This document shows, piece after piece, positions 1 through 8,746 of a stretch of DNA of 64,000 bases. Made by a program: the position numbers and the translations under genes. The notes under the pieces are model-generated. The model made no database searches and was not told the DNA's origin. It saw only the letters and a list, made by a program, of their open reading frames with translations. Source of the stretch: Parcubacteria group bacterium (GTDB lineage: Bacteria; Patescibacteriota; Patescibacteriia; Patescibacteriales; GWC2-42-12); NCBI GenBank assembly GCA_016188785.1, contig JACPHD010000001.1, positions 26,300 to 90,299 of the forward strand. The letters run 5' to 3'. Each line of letters opens with the position of its first letter. Positions within the stretch are counted from its first letter, which is position 1.

Positions 1-96
1 GAAGGAATTTTTCTAATTTTATTTTTGTCTTGGCGTAGGGGCAGAGGGGCTGGGGGTGAATGCCCCGAAGCCAAGACTCCTTATTTGTATTATTTT

Positions 97-2247
97 TTAT
101 ACTGTTTCTTCTGCAAAAATAGTAACTTCTGTGTTCTGCGGAGTCATTAGTACTGGCCACCAAAATTCGGCATCCTTCCAACCATTATCTTTTCTACCGT
201 TTTGGCGAAACAACATAAGCGAAGGAGTATCAATTGAAACCTTTTTAGCTATGGCGTCATCGGTTTTCGAACCATCGGGTGCATCTGAAAATGTTCCGTC
301 ATCTTTAAATCGACTTAGGTTTCTTCCTTTTCTTATTAAAATCCATACTTTCCCTGTTTCTGAGTTATTTCGAGAGTGCAAAGACAGGTGTTCCAAACTC
401 GCTTTGAAAGTTTTCCAATTAAATGAATAAAACTCGTCGAGCTCAAGAGTTTTGGAAATTAGATCAATAATTTCCATGCAATCATTTAGTTTAATAAGCA
501 CTGGCTTATTTTCGTCCTTCCCTGGAAACCACCCGTCAATAATTGAATCGAGTTGTTCAACAATACCTCCGATATTTGTTTTATATTCTGTTTGAAAACC
601 AATTGGGAGTAATCTTTTATGCGGCCGTAATGTCGCGAGAGATGAAAGCAAGAGTTTGTTCGGAGAACAAGGTACAAGTCGTCCGGTAACATCTTTTCGT
701 ATGAAATAAACTCCGTTGGAGTGATCTCCTTTTTCAAAAGCTTCTCTTAACGCAGAATCAAATTCATGAATACGTCTCATAACTTCATAAATGTCTCTCG
801 TTGTATAGAACCGAGTTACGGCCAAATCATTGCGTGGCCGCGCACCATACATTCTTGCGTGTTGTAAAACCGTATCTTGCTGAAATCTTTTCGGTTTTCT
901 GCCGTAGTAAAATCCAATCAAATTATTTACCGTAACACCCCGGTCTAAAATCTGCCCGCCAATAAAAATATTCATTGGGTTACGCAGTTTAAGTTGTCCT
1001 TTATCATCCAATAATTCCTCGACTTCCTTATCAGAGTTTACTGTTGTAATCATTATATGTTCTTCAAGTAAAGATGTTATTACTCCATCCATCACTTCTT
1101 CTTTTGTCGGCATTTCTAAAGAATTAATTTTATCTACGGATTTTTTCATATCATCATATGATTCTTCAATGAGAAGATTTAGCGACTGTGGACTATCCTC
1201 TGCAATTTTTGCTAGCTCAGTTATTAACATGCGTATTATTTCAAGCTGCCATCCATGCGAATTCCTGTGTATTTCGCTGTGTGCAATAAAGGCATACTTC
1301 TGCTGAGTTTCCCCATTTTTGGCTTGTTGTTTGCGTCGAATAATCGCACCAACCAAAAAATTTACTATCGCTTTTCTTAAGACACTTATTTTACTCGACG
1401 AAACAACATCATCTAATTTTAATCGACGCGCATCAGGTTCTTTCAGTACAGCTCTCTCCTCGACAGAGACTTCTTCAAAAATAAAATGTGCAATGGAATT
1501 TTCATCCTCACTTTCATTAAAATAGAATTCACCACCAATATAATCATTGTGTTTTGGTAATAAAACCGTAAATGCTGGTCGTTTTGGCAAGAACTCGACT
1601 TTATCCTCGACCATGCTTGGCTGAAGATAAAGTGAATACGGGGTTGCAGTTACTTGGAGATAATCTACTTTTTTAACAATGCTTCTCAATTCATCAATTT
1701 GTGATGATATGCGACCAACCTCTATTGCCTCTGCATGTTTGCGGAAACTAATACTCGCGTAATCTGCCTCGTCATCAACTATCAGAACTTTTTTCTCACG
1801 AAGATCAGGGTAAACACTAGCTAATTTATCTAAAATCCGCTTCATATTGTTTACCTCTTTTTTCACAATTATTATGAGTTTCTTATTTCTCTCATATGCA
1901 GTTAGGTTATCTGGCATTACCATAACATCAAAAACATCAGCCTTGTCATATTGTATGAAATCTGCGAAATCACCCTCCATGCGCTGCACAGTTTGTTTTA
2001 GTAATGCCTTTGTACCTTTCGTGAGAATAATTGCCGCGTCATAGCCGTTGTCAAATGAAAGAGCCATTATTCCAATAAATGCCCGCGTCTTTCCGCTCTG
2101 GATTTTTCCAAGCAATATCCCCGGACTTTGTGAAGAGGTCTCTTTTTGCAAAAGCTTATTTACGGCATCTTCCATGCATAAAATTAAGTCTTCAGCGTCA
2201 TTTCGCTTCTTAATGAGTTTATTAAACATTTCTCCGCGAGTTGTCAT
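97..2247 (-). CDS. Z1-domain protein (SF2 helicase-like N-terminus + Z1 domain), RM-associated
   Basis: 716 aa; Walker A-like GKIQSGKT, DDEAD, TATP, GGQILDRGVTV and DTVLQHARMYGAR motifs typical of Z1 proteins; last gene of an MTase-REase operon. Confidence 0.85.
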   Translation of the reverse strand: MTTRGEMFNKLIKKRNDAEDLILCMEDAVNKLLQKETSSQSPGILLGKIQSGKTRAFIGIMALSFDNGYDAAIILTKGTKALLKQTVQRMEGDFADFIQYDKADVFDVMVMPDNLTAYERNKKLIIIVKKEVNNMKRILDKLASVYPDLREKKVLIVDDEADYASISFRKHAEAIEVGRISSQIDELRSIVKKVDYLQVTATPYSLYLQPSMVEDKVEFLPKRPAFTVLLPKHNDYIGGEFYFNESEDENSIAHFIFEEVSVEERAVLKEPDARRLKLDDVVSSSKISVLRKAIVNFLVGAIIRRKQQAKNGETQQKYAFIAHSEIHRNSHGWQLEIIRMLITELAKIAEDSPQSLNLLIEESYDDMKKSVDKINSLEMPTKEEVMDGVITSLLEEHIMITTVNSDKEVEELLDDKGQLKLRNPMNIFIGGQILDRGVTVNNLIGFYYGRKPKRFQQDTVLQHARMYGARPRNDLAVTRFYTTRDIYEVMRRIHEFDSALREAFEKGDHSNGVYFIRKDVTGRLVPCSPNKLLLSSLATLRPHKRLLPIGFQTEYKTNIGGIVEQLDSIIDGWFPGKDENKPVLIKLNDCMEIIDLISKTLELDEFYSFNWKTFKASLEHLSLHSRNNSETGKVWILIRKGRNLSRFKDDGTFSDAPDGSKTDDAIAKKVSIDTPSLMLFRQNGRKDNGWKDAEFWWPVLMTPQNTEVTIFAEETV

Positions 2248-2251
2248 ATTT

Positions 2252-3047
2252 TTAAAGTATTATTGTTTGCTTTTCGTATAACATTGGCAAAGCATCCTGC
2301 CTCATACGAAATTTTGTACCGTGATTGTGTCCGGTGCGAGCGTCAAAATCTACAAGAATTTTCCCCTCGTCTAATGCTTTCAAAAACCCTTCAAAATCGA
2401 ATTTCTGCAACATCATTACTTTTGTGTAATGATAAAATTCTTTTTTACGCCTAATTTCTACTTCAGCTTGAACATAAAACGCGTTAAGTAGTTTTGTTCC
2501 AGCTTTGTGTTCTAAATCATCAAAACCCCAATATGGTTGCGGGTTAAGTTCGTCAAGCCCTACATGTTTTTTGACTTGTTGTAGCCACTTTTTATGTCTT
2601 TTATCTACACATTTTGAGTCAAATGAAATCAAAATTTTTCGTTCTTTGCGGTCAATTACTACTTTGAAACCGCGATCACTACAAGAATTGCCGTGAATAG
2701 TCTGGCGGAAACTCATTTCACCTTTTGGATACTTTTTGCCGTCTTCTTGATGCGCCCAGCCATAAAATGGTAATAAGACTTGTGGCACAAATCGGATTGC
2801 TCGTGGCGAGGGCTCAATATGAAAAAGTGTTGTGAGAGATGTTGAATTCAAATGTTGAGCTTTCAATTCCCATTCGGCGGCATTTGGGATTGGTAGATTG
2901 TTTTCCTTAATTCCAAGCAAATCTTCAAGAGTGTTGCCGATTCCGCCGCTATTTCCTCGGCGAGCGTTTGGAATAAAATCCCACGTTAGATATTTCTTTT
3001 AGTTTAGCTATCAAGGCCGGTTTAGTGTAAATTTTTGGTTTTGACAT
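2252..3047 (-). pseudogene. MvaI/BcnI-family restriction endonuclease with a +1 frameshift near the 5' end
   Basis: ATG at 3047 gives MSKPKIYTKPALIAKLKEISNVGF. Removing one base from the A4 run at 2975-2978 continues IPNARRGNSGGIGNTLEDLLGIKENNLPIPNAAEWELK into the 2252..2920 ORF. GNTLEDLLGI..NN and HNHGTKFR are MvaI/BcnI hallmarks. Confidence 0.8.
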
Positions 3048-3050
3048 AAA

Positions 3051-3797
3051 TTAAAATAATTTAGTTTGTGCTTGATGATTTTTTATTCTTTTTTTTGCTG
3101 ATTCGCAATATTCCGGCGAAATTTCAATACCAACAAAATTTCGTTTAAAGTTTATGGCAGATATTGCAGTCGTGCCAGATCCCATAAACGGGTCTAAAAT
3201 TATTTTTGCGTCTGTTGCTGAAACAATGCGATCAATTAGTTTGACCGGAAATGGTGCCGGATGTCCGTTTTTCATTTCTTGCGGTATTTCCCAAATGTCG
3301 CCATGTGCGTTGGCTTTCGGTAAAAGTTTGAATTTCGGTTTAGCAATTAAATAAATTACTTCATAAGTAGGCAAAAAATATCCAACATTAAAATTTAATC
3401 CGCCGGCGCGCTTCCAAATAATAATCTGGCGAATCGGAAAACCGCTAACAATATCTTGTCTATCTTGCAAAAGTCCAGCCTGAACACGCCACTTGTGATT
3501 ATAAAAAATTGCTCCATTTTCAGAGATCAACCTCATCATTTCGGTCAAACAATCTCTTTGCCACTTCACATATTCTTTGTGCGGCATATTATCGTTATAG
3601 TTAGAATAACCTTTTTGCAAGGCAGCGTTTGCCCATTTTCCGCCCCGGCCGTCTTTCATGCCGTTGCCAGTAGAATTTTTAAGATTATAAGGTGGTGAAG
3701 TCACGATTAAATCAACCGATCCGTCCGGCATTTTTTTCATTATTTCAATCGTATCTCCGCAGATTATTTTGTCTATAAATTTTGTTATATCTGACAT
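3051..3797 (-). CDS. Site-specific DNA methyltransferase, beta class (N4-C/N6-A; SPPY suggests m4C)
   Basis: TSPPY motif IV precedes HPAPFP and ILDPFMGSGTT motif I; likely start MSDITK at 3797 rather than 3869. Confidence 0.9.
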   Translation of the reverse strand: MSDITKFIDKIICGDTIEIMKKMPDGSVDLIVTSPPYNLKNSTGNGMKDGRGGKWANAALQKGYSNYNDNMPHKEYVKWQRDCLTEMMRLISENGAIFYNHKWRVQAGLLQDRQDIVSGFPIRQIIIWKRAGGLNFNVGYFLPTYEVIYLIAKPKFKLLPKANAHGDIWEIPQEMKNGHPAPFPVKLIDRIVSATDAKIILDPFMGSGTTAISAINFKRNFVGIEISPEYCESAKKRIKNHQAQTKLF

Positions 3798-3958
3798 ATC
3801 TTGATTATAGCTTGAAAAAATTATAAATAAATCGTTTTCTGAGCGACGAAAGGAGCGAAGAAAACACAATAGCCCCTTCTTAAAAAATAAAAATAAAATT
3901 TGTTCATTATAGAAAAGTGTTAGGCGTTAGCCGTAAAAAGAAAAGCATATTTCAGCTA

Positions 3959-4120
3959 ATGCGGCGGACTATGCGATGCGTCCGGAGCCCCGCATTTTGC
4001 GGGGCGACTGGCATTTCGCCTATCCCGGAGTTCTGCGAAGTCGCGACCCCGCGCTTGATGCGGGGGAGCGGCGGAGCAGAACGGAGGGGCACCCGCGCGT
4101 ATTCTGCAAATTTGCAGAAT
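3959..4120. other. GC-rich multi-hairpin non-coding tract at the border of the RM island
   Basis: Hairpins gccccgcattttgcggggc, ccccgcgcttgatgcgggg and attctgcaaatttgcagaat in an AT-rich context; the overlapping short ORFs are not credible. Confidence 0.5.
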
Positions 4121-4214
4121 TGTATATTATGCGAAATCATGATATTATTTATTCAAAATAATGTTGCTAACTTTATCTATATCATAACAAAGAATCGTTA
4201 AAATTTACAAGTAT

Positions 4215-5372
4215 TTATAACTCCATTGCTTCTTCCAGCTTTTTAATATAATTTTCGGTTTTAAAAGCCGCGGCTTGACGCTTACCGGCTTCAATCAAAG
4301 CGCTTAAATTATTTTTATTGGCAATCAGCCAGGCCATTTTTTCAGCCAGATCATTAGCATCTGCCGGCTTAAATAAAACGCCGGCGCCGTCATTTAACAG
4401 TTCCGGAATGCCGCCCAGATTGCTGGCTAGTACGGGCAAACCGGCGGCCAGCGCCAACTCTATCGCGTTAGGGCAGTTTTCATAAACTAACGACGGATAA
4501 ACCAGACAATGACTGGAACTTAACAATCTATTAGCTGCTTCATCTGCTTGCCAACCTAAAAATTTAATATTTTTATTGCCCGCGGCTTGCCGTCGCGCTC
4601 TTTCTGTTTGCGAACCGTTGCCAGCCAATAGCAATTCTACGTCCGGATATTTTTCTTTAAGTTTATTTAAAGCGTTAATCAATAAAAATACGCCTTTATG
4701 CTTCTCAATTTGGCCTAAAAACAGGAATTTAAAATTACCGGCCAACTGCTTTGGCCGCGGCGTGGTTTCCATCGGATTAGGCAAAACATAAATTTTTGCT
4801 TGCGTGAAAAAATTCCTTTTTACATACAAATCTTTGAGCCAGCGCGAAGGAAAAATCACGGCAGGATATGTAAAAAGCCGGCGACAGAGACTTGAATAAA
4901 TTTCAGCAAAAAAACTGTCTACTGTCCCCTCTTGGCCATAATACATTAAACCTGACGGATGAATTAACTGAAGGTCATGCGCGATATGCAAATGGCTAAT
5001 GCCCAGTTTTCTAATGGCCAGCGGCGTTAAAAAACCCAGACCCATTAAATTATTAGTTATTACCGCCTCGCATTTATTTTCTCGCAGAATTCTTTTAATC
5101 TTAAAATAACTGATAATATTAAATAAATCCCAAACATGCCAAAATATCCGCAAAAATTTAGGCAGTTTATTTAAATTATAATAACCAGAATTTAAATAGT
5201 AAATTTGGGATTTGGGATTTGGGATTTGGGATTTTCTACCCCGTGGCTTGGTGGTAATTATTAAAACTTCATGGCTAGCCTGCCGCAAACCAGCCGCAAT
5301 CGTTTCGCAGACTTTCTCCGCCCCGCCCCGGTTAAACGGCTTATACAGATTATTTATCAGACAAATTTTCAT
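4215..5372 (-). CDS. Glycosyltransferase family 4
   Basis: GGAE N-terminal motif, FLGQIEKHKG, ENCPNAIELALAAGLPVLASNLGGIPE. Confidence 0.9.
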   Translation of the reverse strand: MKICLINNLYKPFNRGGAEKVCETIAAGLRQASHEVLIITTKPRGRKSQIPNPKSQIYYLNSGYYNLNKLPKFLRIFWHVWDLFNIISYFKIKRILRENKCEAVITNNLMGLGFLTPLAIRKLGISHLHIAHDLQLIHPSGLMYYGQEGTVDSFFAEIYSSLCRRLFTYPAVIFPSRWLKDLYVKRNFFTQAKIYVLPNPMETTPRPKQLAGNFKFLFLGQIEKHKGVFLLINALNKLKEKYPDVELLLAGNGSQTERARRQAAGNKNIKFLGWQADEAANRLLSSSHCLVYPSLVYENCPNAIELALAAGLPVLASNLGGIPELLNDGAGVLFKPADANDLAEKMAWLIANKNNLSALIEAGKRQAAAFKTENYIKKLEEAMEL

Positions 5373-5388
5373 AAAAAGATAAACGTTT

Positions 5389-6570
5389 TTATTTCGGACT
5401 GTATTTTACATAATGATAAATAGAATTCAATTTTTTACCGACTTTAGTCCAGGTATATTTACTCTCAACTAATGCCCGGCCGGCCCGCCCCATGCTTTCC
5501 GCTAATTTTTTATCCTTTAAAATAATTTTTATCTTGTTAGCCAGATCATCAACGTCGCCAGGCTTAACCAGTAAGCCTTCTCGGCCGTTTTTAAAAATGC
5601 TCCTGACGCCGGGCAAATTCGAGGCAACCACCGGTTTAGCGCAAGCCATGGCTTCAAGTAGAACTAGACCAAAAGCTTCGGCTTTATTAACCGACGGCAA
5701 AACTAAGCAGTCCGAGCCGTTATAAAAATCAGTTAGTTGGCCGCTATCCACCTTGTCATAAAACTCAACGTTTTTTTCCACGCCAAAATTAAACGCGCAA
5801 TCTTTATAATAAGGCAGTAAGTTTCCCCGGCCAATCACTTTTAAAACAGTTGAACTTAATTCCTGATCTTTAATAATTACAGCCAAAGCTTTAAGTAAAA
5901 TTTCCAAACCCTTAAAATAATGGGCTTTATCCAGGCCGCCCACGAATAAAATAACTTTATTCGCTCGCTGTTTATTTATGTCGTCATGGTAAGTGACGAA
6001 CCGCTCAAGATCCACGCCGAATAATATTTGCCGAAATTTATTCGGTTTGATCAGATAATATTTTTTTAAATTAGAGTGTTTAACATAATCAAGCGAAGCG
6101 CAAGTAATAATTTCCGCCGCCCTGGCTAAAAGCGGCAAAATTAAAATACTGTATAAATAAAAAATCGCGCCCTTTAGTCCTCGCGCCTGGCTATCCATGT
6201 GATAATGCAAAATCAATTTCATTTTGCGGCTGGAAAATAACTTTAAAAAAAGTATGGCCTTAAGCGCGCCATAAAACGGGTAATGCAGATGAACTATGTC
6301 AAAATTTCTTAATTTCCAGGCCAGCTGAGGCACTAAAGCGGCGTTGCCATATTTAACCAGCGGCTTCAGACGAAGAACCGCAAATTTGCCTTCAGGCTGA
6401 CCGGCGCAGGCAGGCCGGTTAAATTCATTTTCAATTTTATGATTATAGTTAGGAGTGAAAACCGTCACTTCATGGCCTAAATCAGCCAGACTTTCGGAAA
6501 TATTATAAACACTATTGCCGATGCCGCTCCGATACGGCGGAAAAGCGCAGACGATTTGGGCTATCTTCAT
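5389..6570 (-). CDS. Glycosyltransferase family 4
   Basis: EAFGLVLLEAMACAKPVVAS GT-B signature. Confidence 0.9.
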   Translation of the reverse strand: MKIAQIVCAFPPYRSGIGNSVYNISESLADLGHEVTVFTPNYNHKIENEFNRPACAGQPEGKFAVLRLKPLVKYGNAALVPQLAWKLRNFDIVHLHYPFYGALKAILFLKLFSSRKMKLILHYHMDSQARGLKGAIFYLYSILILPLLARAAEIITCASLDYVKHSNLKKYYLIKPNKFRQILFGVDLERFVTYHDDINKQRANKVILFVGGLDKAHYFKGLEILLKALAVIIKDQELSSTVLKVIGRGNLLPYYKDCAFNFGVEKNVEFYDKVDSGQLTDFYNGSDCLVLPSVNKAEAFGLVLLEAMACAKPVVASNLPGVRSIFKNGREGLLVKPGDVDDLANKIKIILKDKKLAESMGRAGRALVESKYTWTKVGKKLNSIYHYVKYSPK

Positions 6571-6574
6571 GTTG

Positions 6575-6901
6575 TTATAATTTATCTTTCAAGGCTATAT
6601 TTTGCACTATTTTAGTAATATCTTTTTCAATTTTTTCCAATTTTAACCGCAAGCGGAAAACGAAATAAAATAATACGGCCACGCTTAAATATAATAAAAC
6701 TTCAATGCCTGAACCGCTAAAACCCAGTCCGGCCACTAATTTATCAATAAATTTTAAAGCCATGATCAGGCCGGCGGCCAAAAGCCAAAAAATCAGCCAG
6801 AACAAAAATTCATTTATGCCGATATAATTTTTTTGTTTTTGCCAATAAAGCCGGGCGAGAATTAAAGCGATGATTATAAACGCGATTATTTGCTGCAGCA
6901 T
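6575..6901 (-). CDS. DUF2304-family small membrane protein
   Basis: Three hydrophobic segments, WLIFW, C-terminal IEKDITKIVQNIAL; follows a GT2 gene, as is usual for the family. Confidence 0.8.
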   Translation of the reverse strand: MLQQIIAFIIIALILARLYWQKQKNYIGINEFLFWLIFWLLAAGLIMALKFIDKLVAGLGFSGSGIEVLLYLSVAVLFYFVFRLRLKLEKIEKDITKIVQNIALKDKL

Positions 6902-6905
6902 AAAT

Positions 6906-7595
6906 TTATTGATTAACCAATATAGCGATAAACAGCTCTTTTAAAATTTTCAAGCCGCTGAAAAAACTTTGTCCGAAATTATGGTAAATAACCCTGACTG
7001 GTATTTCTTTAACTTTAAAATTATGTTTTTTGACTTCAAACATTATTTCCGAGCAGTGCGCCATCCGATCCTGCTGCCAGCTAATCCGGCGCGCCGCCTC
7101 GCGCGACATGGCCCTAAAACCGCTCTGCGGATCAGTCAAATTAATGTTAAAAAATACTTTATTCACCGCTCTGGCCAAAGGCATGATAAAATATTTTTTA
7201 AAAACTGGCATGGCCGAACTATGCTCGCCATTAAGAAAACGGGAGCCGAAAACAACCTCGGCCGCGCCGGCTTTAATCGGTGCCGCGATACATTCTAGGT
7301 CGCGCGCTAAAAACTGGCCATCAGCGTCAAAATGAATAATTATGTCAGCGCCCTTAGCCAGACCATAGGCCGTGCCGGTTCTTAAAGCCGCGCCCTGGCC
7401 GCGGTTGATTATATGCTTAAGTAAAACCACGCCTTCTTCTGTAATAAAATCAGCCGTTTTGTCGGTTGAGCCGTCATCAACAATAACAAGTTTATCAACC
7501 AAGGGGTATACCTGGTTGATTATTTCCGCTATATTTTTTTCTTCATTAAACGCCGGAATAACGCAAAAAATTTTTACCCCATTAGAAGTTCGCAT
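6906..7595 (-). CDS. Glycosyltransferase family 2 (DPM synthase-like)
   Basis: IPAFNEE, VDDGSTD, NRGQGAAL, DADGQF, TDPQSGFRA; ATG at 7595 lies inside a repeat element. Confidence 0.9.
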   Translation of the reverse strand: MRTSNGVKIFCVIPAFNEEKNIAEIINQVYPLVDKLVIVDDGSTDKTADFITEEGVVLLKHIINRGQGAALRTGTAYGLAKGADIIIHFDADGQFLARDLECIAAPIKAGAAEVVFGSRFLNGEHSSAMPVFKKYFIMPLARAVNKVFFNINLTDPQSGFRAMSREAARRISWQQDRMAHCSEIMFEVKKHNFKVKEIPVRVIYHNFGQSFFSGLKILKELFIAILVNQ

Positions 7596-7658
7596 AAAAA
7601 TTATTCTACAGAACATTATCTTATTCTTTCCCGTTAAAATTATAACTTCTAACGGGGT
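7576..7658. repeat. ACCCCGTTAGA-type miniature inverted-repeat element, copy 1
   Basis: Ends accccattagaagtt...aacttctaacggggt; interior nearly identical to the copy at 20896-20979. Confidence 0.8.
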
Positions 7659-7665
7659 TCATATT

Positions 7666-8679
7666 TTACACTACAGTTTTTAAGCCTTTGCTGGCCCGCA
7701 GATCATCAATGGTTTTCTTTAGGCCATTTTCCAGGGTAACGATCGGCGCCCAGCCCAGCTCTTCCCGCGCCTTAGTTATATCAGGCAAAGCTAACTCGCT
7801 AATAAACAAATGCCTAGCCGCGTATTTTATGTTTGACTTTGAATTTAAAATTTTTATAATCAGTTCGCAGATTTTCGTTAAATTAGCATCAACATCCGAA
7901 CCGATGTTAACCGGCGCAAGGACATCGCTAGCCATTAATTTTAAACAGCCGTCAAGGCAGTCGCTGATATAACAAAGCGAACTGGAAAAATTTTTATCTC
8001 CCGGAATAACCAGATCGGAATTTTCCAAAGCGCTATTTATGAAATCAGGAATTAAATTACCTTCGTTTAATTTCATCCTGGGGCCGTAGACGCGGAATAA
8101 ACGAATCACCCTTGAATTAACGCCGTAGACTTGGCGGTAATTTTCTATCATAGTTTCAGCAAACCTTTTACCTTCGTCGTATGAGCTTCTGGCCGAAAGA
8201 AAATCAACCTGGCCGATGTCGCTTTCCTTAATTTTACTCTGGCCGTCCCGCCTGGGGCCGTAGACTACGGAGGAAGAAAAATGCATAATCTTGGCCTGGT
8301 ATTTTACGGCCAAATCCAGCGCGTTCTTTAGTCCGTAAGACGAAGCCAGGATAGCGGGAATTTTATTTTTGTCAAAATCTTTAGGCGAAGCCGGGCAGGC
8401 CAAATTATAAATTTCTTGCAGGCCCTGAAATTCTATTTTAAATTTTTGCAATTCCGGCAATTTTTCCAAATCAATCGGCTCGGTAATATCATGTTTTATA
8501 AATTCAAAATTAGGCTCTTGCAGTAAATGATCAATATTCCTTTCGTCGCCGGTAGAAAAATTATCCAAACAGATAACTTTGCTGTCGGCAATCAGCCGAT
8601 CGCATAGATGCGAACCGATAAAACCGGCGCCGCCAACCACTAAAACATTTTTCTGGTCAAAAATCGCTCTTCTGCTCAT
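7666..8679 (-). CDS. NAD-dependent epimerase/dehydratase (UDP-glucuronate decarboxylase-like)
   Basis: GGAGFIGSHL, NLACPASP, YDEGKRFAE, YGPRM. Confidence 0.9.
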   Translation of the reverse strand: MSRRAIFDQKNVLVVGGAGFIGSHLCDRLIADSKVICLDNFSTGDERNIDHLLQEPNFEFIKHDITEPIDLEKLPELQKFKIEFQGLQEIYNLACPASPKDFDKNKIPAILASSYGLKNALDLAVKYQAKIMHFSSSVVYGPRRDGQSKIKESDIGQVDFLSARSSYDEGKRFAETMIENYRQVYGVNSRVIRLFRVYGPRMKLNEGNLIPDFINSALENSDLVIPGDKNFSSSLCYISDCLDGCLKLMASDVLAPVNIGSDVDANLTKICELIIKILNSKSNIKYAARHLFISELALPDITKAREELGWAPIVTLENGLKKTIDDLRASKGLKTVV

Positions 8680-8746
8680 ATATTTTAAATTATAATTTAG
8701 AAGTGAAAAGTATTTAATTTTTTTCTCACTTCTTACTTCTAACTTC

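Noticed and set aside
3917-4201. Short ORFs over the GC-rich hairpin tract (similarly 12214-12399 and 54766-54966)
   Set aside because: They are open only because palindromic GC-rich DNA lacks stops; the translations are not protein-like.
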